Positions 35,754 through 46,242 of a stretch of 64,000 bases of DNA are shown here, in pieces; positions within the stretch are counted from its first letter, which is position 1, and the number at the start of each line of letters is the position of its first letter. Both the position numbers and the translations under genes were made by a program. Source of the DNA: a virus (Duplodnaviria > Caudoviricetes); IMG/VR virus record IMGVR_UViG_2706796350_000001, positions 1 through 64,000 of that record, one strand, 5' to 3'. The notes under the pieces are model-generated. The model searched no databases, was not told where the DNA came from, and saw only the letters and a list, made by a program, of their open reading frames with translations.

Positions 35754-37736
35754 ATGACTGAAACACGCACCCCACGGATGCGACTCCCGCAGTGGTCGTC
35801 GGGTACTACCGATTCGCCGTCGCGGGAAGACTTCAACGAGGCGTTCTTCAACCTGGAAAAGTGGGCAGGCCGTTTCGAGTATGGCCCGCTCGATGATCGC
35901 CCGTCGCCGGAAGTCGAGGGGCGGTACTACGTTGACACTGATGGTGTGATCTACCGCGACACCGGCACTCAGTGGGCACAGGTCGGGTTCCCCAAGAACG
36001 CGGTGAAGATCACCAAGACCGAGGGCAACGATCCGGCATTGTGGATCGACCTCCCCGCAGGCACGACCGCCGATGCGATCCGAACGACTCACGACAACAA
36101 GAATCGTTTCCGCGTACAGGCAAACGGTGATGTCGTGGCGTCGTCCACTCGGCTGTACCAGTCGGATGCAGCGGCCCCCGCGAACAACCTCCCTCACACG
36201 GTCGGCGTCACGTCGAAGTCGGCCAATGCGTCGGGAGTGACGGTCTACGGTGCGATGGCGCAGTCCGGCAACCTCATCGAGACGAAGACCTCGACAAGCG
36301 CGGACCTAACGCAGATCACGGCCAGCGGTGATGTGAACACCCTCGGTCGTCTGATGGCCGGTTCGCTCACCCCGCAGGACGCTCAGCTCTACATTCAGAA
36401 CTCGGGCACCACACGCCCCGCACTGTTGGCGCGAACCAACACCACTCTGCCGAATGCGAACACGGCAGTCGCAGTCGAGAACCAGTCCGGTGCTACTCAG
36501 CTTCTGAAGTTGGATAACAGCGGTCGACTTGCCGTTGGTAATCGAGACAACAAGGCGATCAATGCAGCGGACAACGTTGCGGTCAACTCGAACTACACCG
36601 CGACCAACTCGGGCACCAGTTCGCTGATTCAGGCACAGCTCGTCTTCCGCAACACGGCAAGCGGGTTCGGTGTCGGCGGTCTCGTGGTCCGCCAGCAGCC
36701 CGGTGATACGTCGGCGGGATCGAGTCTTGGTGTCGTGGCCGGTACGGCGGGTGCCGATGGTCTGGCCCCCGAGCGTGTTCGTTTCGGTGTGAACGACGCC
36801 AAGCACGGCGCACGGTTCGTCGCCAACGAGCCTGATTGGGCACCTGTCGTCGTTCGTGGTGCGGTGAGTCAGGCCGCAGACCTTCTCCTGGCCCAGGACA
36901 GCGACGAGAACAAGGTGGCCGGTATCAACTACCGGGGTGACGGTGTTCTTCGCTCTCTGGCGACTACAGGCACCGGTTTGAACGCCTTCAGTGGACCGAT
37001 CACGTCGGCGGGAGAGATTCAGGGCACGAACCTGCGAGTTATCCAGGGATCGGGCAACAACGCGGGGGTTCTCTCCCAGATCAAAACGACGGCCACCACC
37101 GGACAGCACTTTCTCGCTCAGGACGAGAACGGTGCGGCGAAAGCACGTCTGAACCGAGACGGAACTCTCGAAATCGGTATGGACACCAACGCAGTTGCCG
37201 CCGGTGCCGTCCTCTTGACGATGCGCGGCCAGCAGTACCGCCAGAACGGGCGCAAGTTGCAGAGTTACGACCAGGCAGCACAGCGGTGGTCGACGTTCGA
37301 GTCTGCGTTCGCCGCCGAGTACTACACGCAGACTTCGCAGAGCGTGAAGAACGCATGGGTGGCGATCAACTGGTTCGGTGAGACCAACGACACCGAGAAC
37401 GCATTCGGATTCACCAGCGGGAGTTCCAAGATCACGGTGCCGTTCACCGGTTGGTACGACGTGCGTGCTCTGGCCCACTGCTCGATGAACTTCACAGGAG
37501 CCGGTTCTGCCACTTTCCGAATCAACAACAACCTCGAACTGAAGTACCGCCGTGACTACGCGAAAGCAGTCGGCTTCGATGTCGTCACTCTCTCGCTGAA
37601 CGACCTGGTTTACCTGAATGCCAATGACACATTGGAGTTCATGATCCAGATCGACTCGTTCTTCTTCACGGCCAATACCCTGAACTCGGGGGACTACCGA
37701 TCGCGCTGTGCGATTCGCTTTGCCGGATACGCCTGA
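35754..37736 (+). CDS. tail fibre / minor tail protein
   Basis: TPRMRLPQW N-terminal anchor; repeated beta-rich modules; C-terminal C1q-like pattern (KITVPFTGWYDV). Confidence 0.75.
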   Translation: MTETRTPRMRLPQWSSGTTDSPSREDFNEAFFNLEKWAGRFEYGPLDDRPSPEVEGRYYVDTDGVIYRDTGTQWAQVGFPKNAVKITKTEGNDPALWIDLPAGTTADAIRTTHDNKNRFRVQANGDVVASSTRLYQSDAAAPANNLPHTVGVTSKSANASGVTVYGAMAQSGNLIETKTSTSADLTQITASGDVNTLGRLMAGSLTPQDAQLYIQNSGTTRPALLARTNTTLPNANTAVAVENQSGATQLLKLDNSGRLAVGNRDNKAINAADNVAVNSNYTATNSGTSSLIQAQLVFRNTASGFGVGGLVVRQQPGDTSAGSSLGVVAGTAGADGLAPERVRFGVNDAKHGARFVANEPDWAPVVVRGAVSQAADLLLAQDSDENKVAGINYRGDGVLRSLATTGTGLNAFSGPITSAGEIQGTNLRVIQGSGNNAGVLSQIKTTATTGQHFLAQDENGAAKARLNRDGTLEIGMDTNAVAAGAVLLTMRGQQYRQNGRKLQSYDQAAQRWSTFESAFAAEYYTQTSQSVKNAWVAINWFGETNDTENAFGFTSGSSKITVPFTGWYDVRALAHCSMNFTGAGSATFRINNNLELKYRRDYAKAVGFDVVTLSLNDLVYLNANDTLEFMIQIDSFFFTANTLNSGDYRSRCAIRFAGYA

Positions 37737-38137
37737 TGAGCTGGAACATCAAACAGGAAAGAGAAGAAATGGACATCGTGGATAACCGATCGATTAGCAA
37801 AGACTCCACCCTCATCGACAGCGAAGTCGTCGATGGTGCAGACGTGAAGGAGTGGGGGCCGGAAGACGGCAACGAGACCCCGAACCCCGAACCGTCGCTG
37901 AGCTTCGGCACCAAGGCGGTCTTGTCTGGTGAAGAGACGCGGCAGATCATCCTCGACCGGATCAAGGAGCACGAGTCGACGATCGCCGCTGAAGAGTGCT
38001 TGCTGTTCGAGTGCCAGCACGGGCAGTCGGAGTCGGCCAAAGAGGAACTGACGGCCCGAATCGCAGCACGATACGACCTCGTGCAGGCGTACGTGAACGA
38101 GTACAACCGTATTTACGGAGGTTCTGAAAATGGCTGA
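37736..38137 (+). CDS. hypothetical protein (possible fibre chaperone)
   Basis: Coupled to the fibre gene; helical C-terminus. Confidence 0.55.
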   Translation: MSWNIKQEREEMDIVDNRSISKDSTLIDSEVVDGADVKEWGPEDGNETPNPEPSLSFGTKAVLSGEETRQIILDRIKEHESTIAAEECLLFECQHGQSESAKEELTARIAARYDLVQAYVNEYNRIYGGSENG

Positions 38138-41100
38138 TCGCGTAGGTATCGACTTCTCCGCCAACGAGATCGATCCTGCCGCCATCAAGGCAGCGGGAGT
38201 CGAAGCCGTCATCAACTACATCTCGGAAGCGCGCCCGTCTGCTCCGTGGATGAAGGCTGTGAAGCCGATGAAGGCGGAGTACGCAAAGCGACTTCGAGAC
38301 GCGGGCATTCAGATCGTCTCGAATTACCAGTACGGGAAAACCGGGGATGCCACTCCGTCTGACTGGCGTGGTGGATACGAAGCGGGGAAGCGCCACGGTG
38401 CAATCGCCCTCTCGAACCACTGGAAGGCCGGGGGCACTCCGTGGCGTCCCTGCTACGCGCCATGTGACGACAACCCGACGATGGATGAGGTGACGAAGTA
38501 CGTCCTGCCGTTCATCAAGGGCTGGGCAGAGGTCTGGGGCAAGGAATACACCGGCATCTACTGCAACGCTCAGACATGGGATTGGCTGAAGTCTCTCGGT
38601 GCCCCCGTTACCTGGTTCTGGCAACACAACTGGGATGGCAAGGCCGAGCACCCCCACCACCCCGACGCCCACATGCACCAAGTTCGGATCGACAAAGACC
38701 GAGTGGGCGGAACCGGCGTCGACTGGAACATTCTCTTGAAGGCTGACTATGGACAATGGTCGCTTTCCAAGAACCCCAATCCAATCGAGAAGTTCCCGAT
38801 CGTCGACATGATTAAGACATCGGGAGTCGGATACAACGCTGGCAACAGTGGCCGTCTTCGCGTTTACCTGCACTCGTCGGAGGGCAAGGATTGGGTGTCG
38901 ACTGCCCGAGGCACGATGCAGTATCAGGCGACCAGTCAGACTGGCTCGTATCACTACCTGATCGACGACAATGAGATCATCCAGACCATCGCGCTGAACA
39001 ACAGCGCGTGGGCGGTTCTCTCGGACAACGACGTGTCGATCAACATCTGCCTCGTCCTGTCGTCCGGCGCAACTGGATACGGCATCACAGCACGCGAGAA
39101 CCAGCCGAAATCGCGAGCACAGTGGCTGGAACACGAGAAGATGTTGAAGATGCTCCGGTTCCTGATCGATCACGTGTGTAGGGAAACGGGAATCCCCAAG
39201 ACTCGTGTTGACATCAAGGGTGTCGGCCAAAACAAGCGCGGGGTCTCGTCGCACAACAACTACACCTACGGCTCGGTGGTACTGAAGGGGTTCAAGGACG
39301 GTACGCATTGGGATATTCCCGATACGTTCCCGTACTCGTACGTCCTGGAAGGTTCCGTGGAGCCGACGAAGCCGATCGATCCCAACGCTTGGCCGTTGCC
39401 GGTCGGTTACTACTACGGCCCTCTCGACGGTCCAGAGCAGTCGATCAGCGGCCAGTTCTCGGGCGACCTACCGGAGTGGAAAGACGGTCTCGGTCGCTGG
39501 CAGACCAAGGTCGGCATCACCGCCTCGAAGAAGTGGGACGCGCAGACCGCAGATGCAGTTGCCAAGCTCCAAAAGGCGAAGGGTTGGTTCACTGACTCGA
39601 ACAAGATGAAGGGCCTGCTCGCCAAGGGGGAGTGGGATTCCGTCATCACGGGTGGTTGGAAGATCACCGACGCCAAGCCTGAGGCTCCTGATCCGACGAA
39701 GCCGTTCGTGCCCACTCCGAAGCCGACTGGTCGATTCATGCCGCTGGTCGAGGGCACGTACAAGATCGGGTCGGGATATGGCCCGCGAGATGGTGGCTTC
39801 CATCGTGGCCTGGACTTCGAGGCCAAGGACGGGACGCCGTTTTATGCCATGCAGGCCGGAACCGTGCTCTACATCGGCCCCGCAGACGGTTACGGGCAGT
39901 GGATCGTGGTCGACTCTGACAACGCGCAGGGTGCCGGGTGTGTCGAGTACGGGCACATGTGGAACGCGTTTGCCACAGGACTAAAGATTGGGTCTCGTGT
40001 CCAGGCAGGGCAGTTGCTGGGATACGTCGGTTCCAACGGTGAGTCGACCGGCCCTCACTTGCATGTCGCGGTTCATCCGTACGAGTACAACCCAAAGGTC
40101 TACGTCAATCCCGCAGACTGGTTGAGGAACGCCAAGAAACACGTCGCGCCATCCGGTAGCGACGACAACAAGGAGGTACCCCCTGTGACGAATCCTGAAC
40201 AGCCAGCATCGGAGCGCGCCGTCAAGGTGTCCGATCTGACCGGCGATGGACTCTCCGACCGTTTCGGAATGCGAGCAACCGATCTCGGTGCAATGATCGA
40301 AGCGCCGAACGGCAAGCTCGTCGCCGTCTTCGGAGATACCTGGAAGGATCGAGTGGGCGGCATCGATTGGCGCGCACCCGTCATCCTCATCGGCAGCAAG
40401 GGCGCGAACGGCGTCATTCAGTGGGAGCGTGCCGGTGGCAGCGACCCCAACTACGCACGGCAGTTGTGGGCCTACACCCACGACTCTCCGCCGTGGACCA
40501 AGGGCGGTATCTCGACCGTTCTCCCATCCGATCTTTTGCGAATCGGCAACACCCTCTACCTGCACGTGATGGTTAACAAGGGTTTCCCGACTGTCGCGTG
40601 GACCGAGATTTGGAAGTCCGAAGACAGCGGTATCTCGTGGACCCACCTCGGTGAGAACAGCAAGCTCTCCGGCACAGCAGGCAACGGTCTGTTGCAGTGC
40701 CTCTCGTGGGACTACAACGCGGACGACGACTATGTGTACGCGGTCTCGACCGGATTCCAGCGTGACAAGGGTATTGTTCTCCGTCGCTTCCGCCCGACGC
40801 AGATCAACAACCAGTCTCTCTGGCAGGTATGGAACTACAACGGCACATGGGGGTGGCGCACTAACGTCAACCCCTCGGTGATCACCCCATCCGGCGAGAA
40901 GTGGGGAGAGCTGACTCTTCGCAAGTTGGCAAACGGTTGGGTTCTCGGCGGACTCTCGATGCACAGCCTCGGGCTGTCCTACCGAGTGCTCTCGTCCCCG
41001 ACCGCGAATCTGTACACGACACCGGCAAAGCGACTCATCTGGGGTTGCGAATGGCCGGAAGAGGATCACACGGTCGGCAAGGTCGCGCAGACCTACGGCG

Positions 41101-41393
41101 GCTACATCGTCCCCGGCTCGAAGTTGGGTGTCGATGGCGGCGTCGACATCGTGGTCTCGCAGTGGAACACCACAGTGGGATGGCCCTACAAGGTCATGCA
41201 GTTCCGTGGCACCCTCCCCGCCGTATGGCCGGACGTGGTTCGCCCCGACGCCTCTGCTGTTCTGGACGCGGCAGACAATCTCACGACGGCGATGGACACC
41301 TACAAGGGCGGCGTTGCAGCGACCGGCCCAGAGGCCCGCCAGATCGCCGTTGTGAACGCAGAACTCGACAAGCTGGAAGGAATCATCCGATGA
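38130..41393 (+). CDS. lysA: endolysin (lysin A): GH25-like DUF1906, Zn amidase, PG-binding, M23 peptidase, DUF4185
   Basis: GIDFS..AVINYIS; YLHSSEG..SYHYLID..SHN..HWD; HRGLDF..STGPHLH; GMRATDLG..VFGDTW..RAPVIL. Confidence 0.88.
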   Translation: MADRVGIDFSANEIDPAAIKAAGVEAVINYISEARPSAPWMKAVKPMKAEYAKRLRDAGIQIVSNYQYGKTGDATPSDWRGGYEAGKRHGAIALSNHWKAGGTPWRPCYAPCDDNPTMDEVTKYVLPFIKGWAEVWGKEYTGIYCNAQTWDWLKSLGAPVTWFWQHNWDGKAEHPHHPDAHMHQVRIDKDRVGGTGVDWNILLKADYGQWSLSKNPNPIEKFPIVDMIKTSGVGYNAGNSGRLRVYLHSSEGKDWVSTARGTMQYQATSQTGSYHYLIDDNEIIQTIALNNSAWAVLSDNDVSINICLVLSSGATGYGITARENQPKSRAQWLEHEKMLKMLRFLIDHVCRETGIPKTRVDIKGVGQNKRGVSSHNNYTYGSVVLKGFKDGTHWDIPDTFPYSYVLEGSVEPTKPIDPNAWPLPVGYYYGPLDGPEQSISGQFSGDLPEWKDGLGRWQTKVGITASKKWDAQTADAVAKLQKAKGWFTDSNKMKGLLAKGEWDSVITGGWKITDAKPEAPDPTKPFVPTPKPTGRFMPLVEGTYKIGSGYGPRDGGFHRGLDFEAKDGTPFYAMQAGTVLYIGPADGYGQWIVVDSDNAQGAGCVEYGHMWNAFATGLKIGSRVQAGQLLGYVGSNGESTGPHLHVAVHPYEYNPKVYVNPADWLRNAKKHVAPSGSDDNKEVPPVTNPEQPASERAVKVSDLTGDGLSDRFGMRATDLGAMIEAPNGKLVAVFGDTWKDRVGGIDWRAPVILIGSKGANGVIQWERAGGSDPNYARQLWAYTHDSPPWTKGGISTVLPSDLLRIGNTLYLHVMVNKGFPTVAWTEIWKSEDSGISWTHLGENSKLSGTAGNGLLQCLSWDYNADDDYVYAVSTGFQRDKGIVLRRFRPTQINNQSLWQVWNYNGTWGWRTNVNPSVITPSGEKWGELTLRKLANGWVLGGLSMHSLGLSYRVLSSPTANLYTTPAKRLIWGCEWPEEDHTVGKVAQTYGGYIVPGSKLGVDGGVDIVVSQWNTTVGWPYKVMQFRGTLPAVWPDVVRPDASAVLDAADNLTTAMDTYKGGVAATGPEARQIAVVNAELDKLEGIIR

Positions 41394-41899
41394 CCGAAAA
41401 CAACGCTTACAACGGCACACAGCTGCCCGAGACATTCAAGGGATATGTGCCGCCGGTTCCCGGTGTCACTCCCGGTCCCGCTGACATTCAGAACGCACTC
41501 GCAGGGTGGGCGCAGCGGGAGTTGGCTAAGCAGTCCTGGTACCGGAAGTCGGCAAACACTGTCAACGCAGCAATCGGAGGTCTCACTACTCTTGCCGCGT
41601 CGATGGCGACCTTCTATGTGACTCAGGGAACCGAAGTCCCTCAGTGGCTCACCATCGTCATCGCGGTGGTCGGCTTCGTGGGAACCATCATCGGAGTCAA
41701 GAACACCAAGAACGGTTTCACGTACCAGGGAGCGGCACAGGTCCAGCAGGCCATTCTCGACCCCGCCGTCCTCGGAACCGTTCAGCGTGTTCTGGCTTCC
41801 GAGCCGTTCCCCGAGCATGTTGCGGAACCGGCGATCGACAAGGCGGCAGAGGCATCGCGCATGTGGATCGAGAACACTGCAAATGGATCGCGGCCATGA
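41390..41899 (+). CDS. holin-like membrane protein
   Basis: Directly after the lysin; WYRKSANTV followed by two TM helices. Confidence 0.7.
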   Translation: MTENNAYNGTQLPETFKGYVPPVPGVTPGPADIQNALAGWAQRELAKQSWYRKSANTVNAAIGGLTTLAASMATFYVTQGTEVPQWLTIVIAVVGFVGTIIGVKNTKNGFTYQGAAQVQQAILDPAVLGTVQRVLASEPFPEHVAEPAIDKAAEASRMWIENTANGSRP

Positions 41900-42207
41900 G
41901 CACTGAAGAGATCGCACGGGTTGTCGCCGCAGCCCTGAACGAGTTCGACGGTTCGCCAGATTGGGAATCGTTGGATGAGCGTTCTCAGCAAATCATCATG
42001 CACGGCGTCCGCGTCATCCAAGAGGGCAATGATGAATCGGAACTGTATCGGCAGACAGCCGCCGCCGAGATTGGTGATGCATCGATCGACACCAGTCGGG
42101 AGTGGGCGAAGTTGGCACCACTTGATCGCCGTCGTTGGTTTCTGTTCGCCGCTGTGGTGCGCTCACTCAGCACAGAACAGGAGCTATTCGATGTCGAGCC
42201 GCGATAA
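41896..42207 (+). CDS. hypothetical protein
   Basis: ATG overlapping the previous stop. Confidence 0.65.
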   Translation: MSTEEIARVVAAALNEFDGSPDWESLDERSQQIIMHGVRVIQEGNDESELYRQTAAAEIGDASIDTSREWAKLAPLDRRRWFLFAAVVRSLSTEQELFDVEPR

Positions 42208-42718
42208 CGACGACCAGGCAACGGGAGAGGAAAGCGTGCCATACATGGCAGGTCGCAAACGTGATCGAATCCGGCATCTAATGTCGGTGACGCTCGGTGC
42301 ACTTTTCCTGATTCTGGGAACTGCCTATCTCAATCCTGATCAGTTGGTCCGCAATCCCAACCCAGGAAAGAGATCGGCTCAGAACAGCGTCGTCATCTAC
42401 ATAGAGAACCTGACAGCCGTCCCTGTTTGGGGAGTCGCGTTCTTCGCTACAGGAGTGCTTCTGCTTTTGGCAGTTGCGCATTGGCGGAGGTACCTGCCGT
42501 CAGCACATCTTGTCGGTGGCTGTGTGATGGTTGGCTACTCTGTAGCGTCCTATACAACCGCGATCATCAATGAGGGGACGTACATCGTCTCTGCGACCCT
42601 TGCCGCCAGCATCGCGTTGCTCAACCTTCTAATGATGCTGTCGTACACATCTCCACAGACAGAATCGAAGGGGGTCAACCAGAACACTGAGTCGCAGCAC
42701 GATGAGGAGATCGAGTAA
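42191..42718 (+). CDS. four-TM membrane protein (lysis cassette)
   Basis: Four hydrophobic helices. Confidence 0.7.
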   Translation: MSSRDNDDQATGEESVPYMAGRKRDRIRHLMSVTLGALFLILGTAYLNPDQLVRNPNPGKRSAQNSVVIYIENLTAVPVWGVAFFATGVLLLLAVAHWRRYLPSAHLVGGCVMVGYSVASYTTAIINEGTYIVSATLAASIALLNLLMMLSYTSPQTESKGVNQNTESQHDEEIE

Positions 42719-43102
42719 ATGAATGAACTTATTGCATCTATCTTCTCAGGACTCAGTGTTCTGATCACCGCCATTGGTGGTGTTGTAGTTCTCCGACGCC
42801 GGAAAGTGGAAGAGGACGAGCGGCAAGACAATATGGAGCTTCGGTATCTCCGTCGTGACAATGCCGCGCTGAAGCAATACAACCTCTCGGCCACCATGCA
42901 CATGTATCGGTTGGAGCTTCGACTCGCACGGTTGGGTGAAGAACCACCAGCCAGGCCATCGGAGCTTGCGGAAGACCCCGATCTTCCCGACCGTCCTGTT
43001 CGCCACACTTTCGAGTTGGGCGAAGGGTTCGGACCGATCCCACCTTCAGGCTCTTCAGGAAGGATCACTGTCGAGGGGTCAGTGGTCGATTCAGACGAGT
43101 AG
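42719..43102 (+). CDS. membrane-anchored coiled-coil protein (lysis cassette)
   Basis: N-terminal TM, coiled coil, Pro-rich tail. Confidence 0.7.
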   Translation: MNELIASIFSGLSVLITAIGGVVVLRRRKVEEDERQDNMELRYLRRDNAALKQYNLSATMHMYRLELRLARLGEEPPARPSELAEDPDLPDRPVRHTFELGEGFGPIPPSGSSGRITVEGSVVDSDE

Positions 43103-43110
43103 GAGAATGC

Positions 43111-43167
43111 GAAACGCCCCGCCGTTCTCACCGGGACAAGGTGACTCAGGAACAGGCGGGGCGTTTC
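43111..43167. terminator. bidirectional terminator between convergent operons
   Basis: GAAACGCCCCGCC...GGCGGGGCGTTTC inverted repeat with inner TCACC/GGTGA stem. Confidence 0.75.
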
Positions 43168-43214
43168 TTCCAATGCACGTGTTATGGGCGCGACTCCAAC
43201 ACACGCTGTAGATA

Positions 43215-43670
43215 CTACACAGACCTTTCCAGGTATTCAATCGCTCTCTGCATACGTTTCGGGTCGTCGGCAAAGAACCCCAGCCCTCGGTTGCAACTGA
43301 TGCACAGTAGACCTCGAACCTTCCCTGTCTCGTGGCAGTGGTCCACGCACAAGGTGTACGGCATTTTTCGACGGCAGATAGCGCATCGACCACGCTGCCT
43401 CTTCAGGCGCTGACTGAACCAAGTTACCGTGACGCCGTATCTGCTCAGGCGGTCTTTACGCAGGTCTAGCGCAGTTCTGACGCGTTTAGTGTGCGCCTTT
43501 CTAGCATGCGCTTTACGCAACTCACGGTGCTCTTCGTTGTCGGCGTATCGCTTGCGCGCTTTACTGTTGTAGCAAGCACGACAACTCGGCAGGTGGCCGC
43601 TCTTGTACCTGTCGCTAGGTGGAAACTCTTCGGCACCTTTGCTTGCGTTGCAAGTCTTACAGGTGTTCAT
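43215..43670 (-). CDS. endonuclease VII-family nuclease
   Basis: CAICRR, LCVDHCHETGKVRGLLCISCNRGLG; N-terminal CxxC...CxxC. Confidence 0.9.
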   Translation of the reverse strand: MNTCKTCNASKGAEEFPPSDRYKSGHLPSCRACYNSKARKRYADNEEHRELRKAHARKAHTKRVRTALDLRKDRLSRYGVTVTWFSQRLKRQRGRCAICRRKMPYTLCVDHCHETGKVRGLLCISCNRGLGFFADDPKRMQRAIEYLERSV

Positions 43671-44614
43671 CGGATTACCTTAGCCTCCGCCAACATCTTT
43701 TGAATGGTCGACTGGCTCAGATCGTTCGCGTCTTTCGCTTTACGCGGCGCGGTAGTCCAATCCACCGTCGATACCTCGAACCATCGCCGCAGGTCTGTAC
43801 TGCGTTTGCGAATCCACTTGCCAGTGTTCTCGTCACGTTTCCAGCCAAGGCAGCGTTGCGAAACCTCTTGCCCCGCTCGATCGTTGTCGAAGAACATCGT
43901 GATCTTGCGAACTCCCAACATGCGAAGTTGCTTGATCTGATCGGACGACACCGAACTCCCGTAGATCGCCATCGCCGGGACGCCGGACTGCCACACCGTC
44001 ATGGCATCGATAGCACCCTCTGTAAGGGCCACAGACGGCACGTCGGGCATATCTGCGACCAACCAGCTACCGAACAGATGCTCGCGCTTGTGGAAGCCTT
44101 TGGGGTACCGGTAGCGGTTCCTCATGTCAGGGTCCAGGTAACGGCGACACAGACCGATCAACTCACCGTTCATGTCGCGGATGGGAATAGTCATCGCATC
44201 TCGGATCACGTCGTACCCAAGATCAAACTTGTCGACGGTCGCTTGCTCGAATCCCCGATCGGACCAGTGCCGGGACGGCAACGAGAACTGAGCGAGCTGA
44301 TCTTCGCTCATACGCGTTTCGGAACATACAGGACGCTCTAGGTCACCAATCGCCCGGTAGAGGACATCGAGTCCGACACCCATTGATCGATAACTGACTC
44401 CAAAGCGAGACTCAAGCCCCCGTATCGAGCCGGACGCTCCGCAACTGAAACAGACGTAGAGTCCTTTGTCGAGGTTGAACTGGAAGCTGGGGGAGTGGTC
44501 TTCGTGGAACGGGCAAAGCGCCAGGGCCTCCGAACCAGTGATCGTGTGGACATTCAAATACCTCTCTGCGAAGTTGCCGTACTTGTGTTGACTGAGATTC
44601 ATCGCCGTAGTCAC
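43667..44614 (-). CDS. dnaG: DNA primase (CHC2 zinc finger + TOPRIM)
   Basis: LCPFHEDHSPSF...CFSCG; LTEGAIDA; FFDNDRAG. Confidence 0.92.
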   Translation of the reverse strand: MTTAMNLSQHKYGNFAERYLNVHTITGSEALALCPFHEDHSPSFQFNLDKGLYVCFSCGASGSIRGLESRFGVSYRSMGVGLDVLYRAIGDLERPVCSETRMSEDQLAQFSLPSRHWSDRGFEQATVDKFDLGYDVIRDAMTIPIRDMNGELIGLCRRYLDPDMRNRYRYPKGFHKREHLFGSWLVADMPDVPSVALTEGAIDAMTVWQSGVPAMAIYGSSVSSDQIKQLRMLGVRKITMFFDNDRAGQEVSQRCLGWKRDENTGKWIRKRSTDLRRWFEVSTVDWTTAPRKAKDANDLSQSTIQKMLAEAKVIR

Positions 44615-46011
44615 TTGATCCGCCTACGCAACTTGCGACCCGACGCACCGGCCAAAGTCTCTTGCTGTGTGGATTTGATCTTGCTCGTGGAAACCGGCTC
44701 ACTGCGCTTGCGTGCCTTCGGTCCCTTGCCCATCTCTTCCATCAGTTTGTCGCGACGGTCGGCATCCTGATCCATGATGTCCTCGGCGCGGTTCTTGCTG
44801 ACTTCTTCGATGAGTCCGTTGTCCAGGTCCACGTGCATGTACCAGCAGTAACCCGAGCGACCGTGGCGGTACTTTGCCATCTTTGCCATCGTGACACGAT
44901 CACTCCGCTTCTTCAGCGTGATCACGGCGTCGGCGTCCTGCCCGATAGCGTCAGCCTGTGCGATGGTCTCAGCGCCAGGCGGTTCCTTCGACGGCTCCGA
45001 ACCACTGCGGTTCAACTGTGCTGCGGCGACCATGCCAACGCCGTATTGTCCGGCGAGTTGCTTCAGGTCTTTACTGAAATGCCCGATGTCCTGCCACCCT
45101 CCGTCACCTCTGGTCTTTGCCAAGGTGAGGTAATCGAGGTAGTAGACATCGGGCTTGTTGCGTTCCAGATGTGCGGCGATCTCCATCGCGCCGATATTGC
45201 GTGTGTCTGTGACGGTGATCGAGCCTTTGATCTGGTTCGGAAGGTCTTCGAGGAAACGTCGGTAGCTCTTCAGGTCGTATCCCTTGCCCTGAGACAGTTG
45301 GACTGACTGGAAGACTGCACGACCATAAGACGACGAAAGCAGGTTGTGAAGCCTCATCGTCACTTCGGTCTTGGACATCTCCAAAGCGGCGAAGTGCGCC
45401 TTGTAACCTCCGGTGATCGCACCGCATGCCATCGCGGCCAGCATCCACGACTTGCCTTCACCGAGGCGTGCACCCACGACCCAAAGCTGACCGGGGCCGA
45501 CACCGCCCGTGAACTCGTCCAGGGTGCTCATACCGGTGGGAACACCAGACTGCCCAAACTGCTCTGCCCGTAGCTTGCGGGCTTTCACCTCGTTGTAGGT
45601 GGACTTCCAGTCGGCCAGCACGTCGACTTCATCGCTACCGCCCATGTCCCCGGCGATCTTCACGATGCCAGACTGCGCTAGCTCACAAGCCTCCTGAACC
45701 TTGCCCTGCGAAAGCAGGTCGGCTTGGTCACGAAGGTGCTCAGTCAGGCGTGCACGTGTGTGCTCGATCTTGACCTCGGATACGAAGTGCTTGATGTCGT
45801 CCACATCTCGAATGCGGAACTTAGGAAACGCTCGGGTGAATGCGAGCTTCGATGGTGCCTTGCGGTACTTGCTAAAGAACCGGGCGATCCATTCCCACTC
45901 GTCGTTGTGAACATGAAACATGTCCTCGACTGCGCCCTCGGCGAGAGCGGTCTTGACATCCTGTGTCTTGATGACGCTGCTGATAAGCAGAGCCTCTGGC
46001 GAAACTGCCAT
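44611..46011 (-). CDS. dnaB: DnaB-like replicative helicase
   Basis: GARLGEGKSW, LEMS, YYLDYL, AAAQLNR, IGQDADAVI, KYRHG. Confidence 0.92.
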   Translation of the reverse strand: MAVSPEALLISSVIKTQDVKTALAEGAVEDMFHVHNDEWEWIARFFSKYRKAPSKLAFTRAFPKFRIRDVDDIKHFVSEVKIEHTRARLTEHLRDQADLLSQGKVQEACELAQSGIVKIAGDMGGSDEVDVLADWKSTYNEVKARKLRAEQFGQSGVPTGMSTLDEFTGGVGPGQLWVVGARLGEGKSWMLAAMACGAITGGYKAHFAALEMSKTEVTMRLHNLLSSSYGRAVFQSVQLSQGKGYDLKSYRRFLEDLPNQIKGSITVTDTRNIGAMEIAAHLERNKPDVYYLDYLTLAKTRGDGGWQDIGHFSKDLKQLAGQYGVGMVAAAQLNRSGSEPSKEPPGAETIAQADAIGQDADAVITLKKRSDRVTMAKMAKYRHGRSGYCWYMHVDLDNGLIEEVSKNRAEDIMDQDADRRDKLMEEMGKGPKARKRSEPVSTSKIKSTQQETLAGASGRKLRRRIK

Positions 46012-46242
46012 AAGGTTTTGTCCCTTCAATGTGTGTTACGTCGCGCAACGTTGTACGTGCATTGATTCTCGTTATTCAATTTTGGAAACCGGGCGGACGC
46101 CAGTTACTCAGGTAGACCTGGGCGACAGGTTCCAAGGGCAGAGTCTTGGCTTATGCCTTCGCACCGGTACCCGCCCGGTAACGAACAACAATACACCCGC
46201 ACGATATGCCGCCTGTATGCCCTTGTAAGCGCCGGTAACCGT

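Noticed and set aside
4640-42000. Long minus-strand ORFs (e.g. 4640..6313, 6548..7813, 17152..18444, 21646..23988, 24851..26245, 37962..39308, 39981..41435)
   Set aside because: They lie exactly antisense to well-supported genes and lack RBSs or recognisable motifs; such shadow ORFs are expected from high GC3 codon bias.
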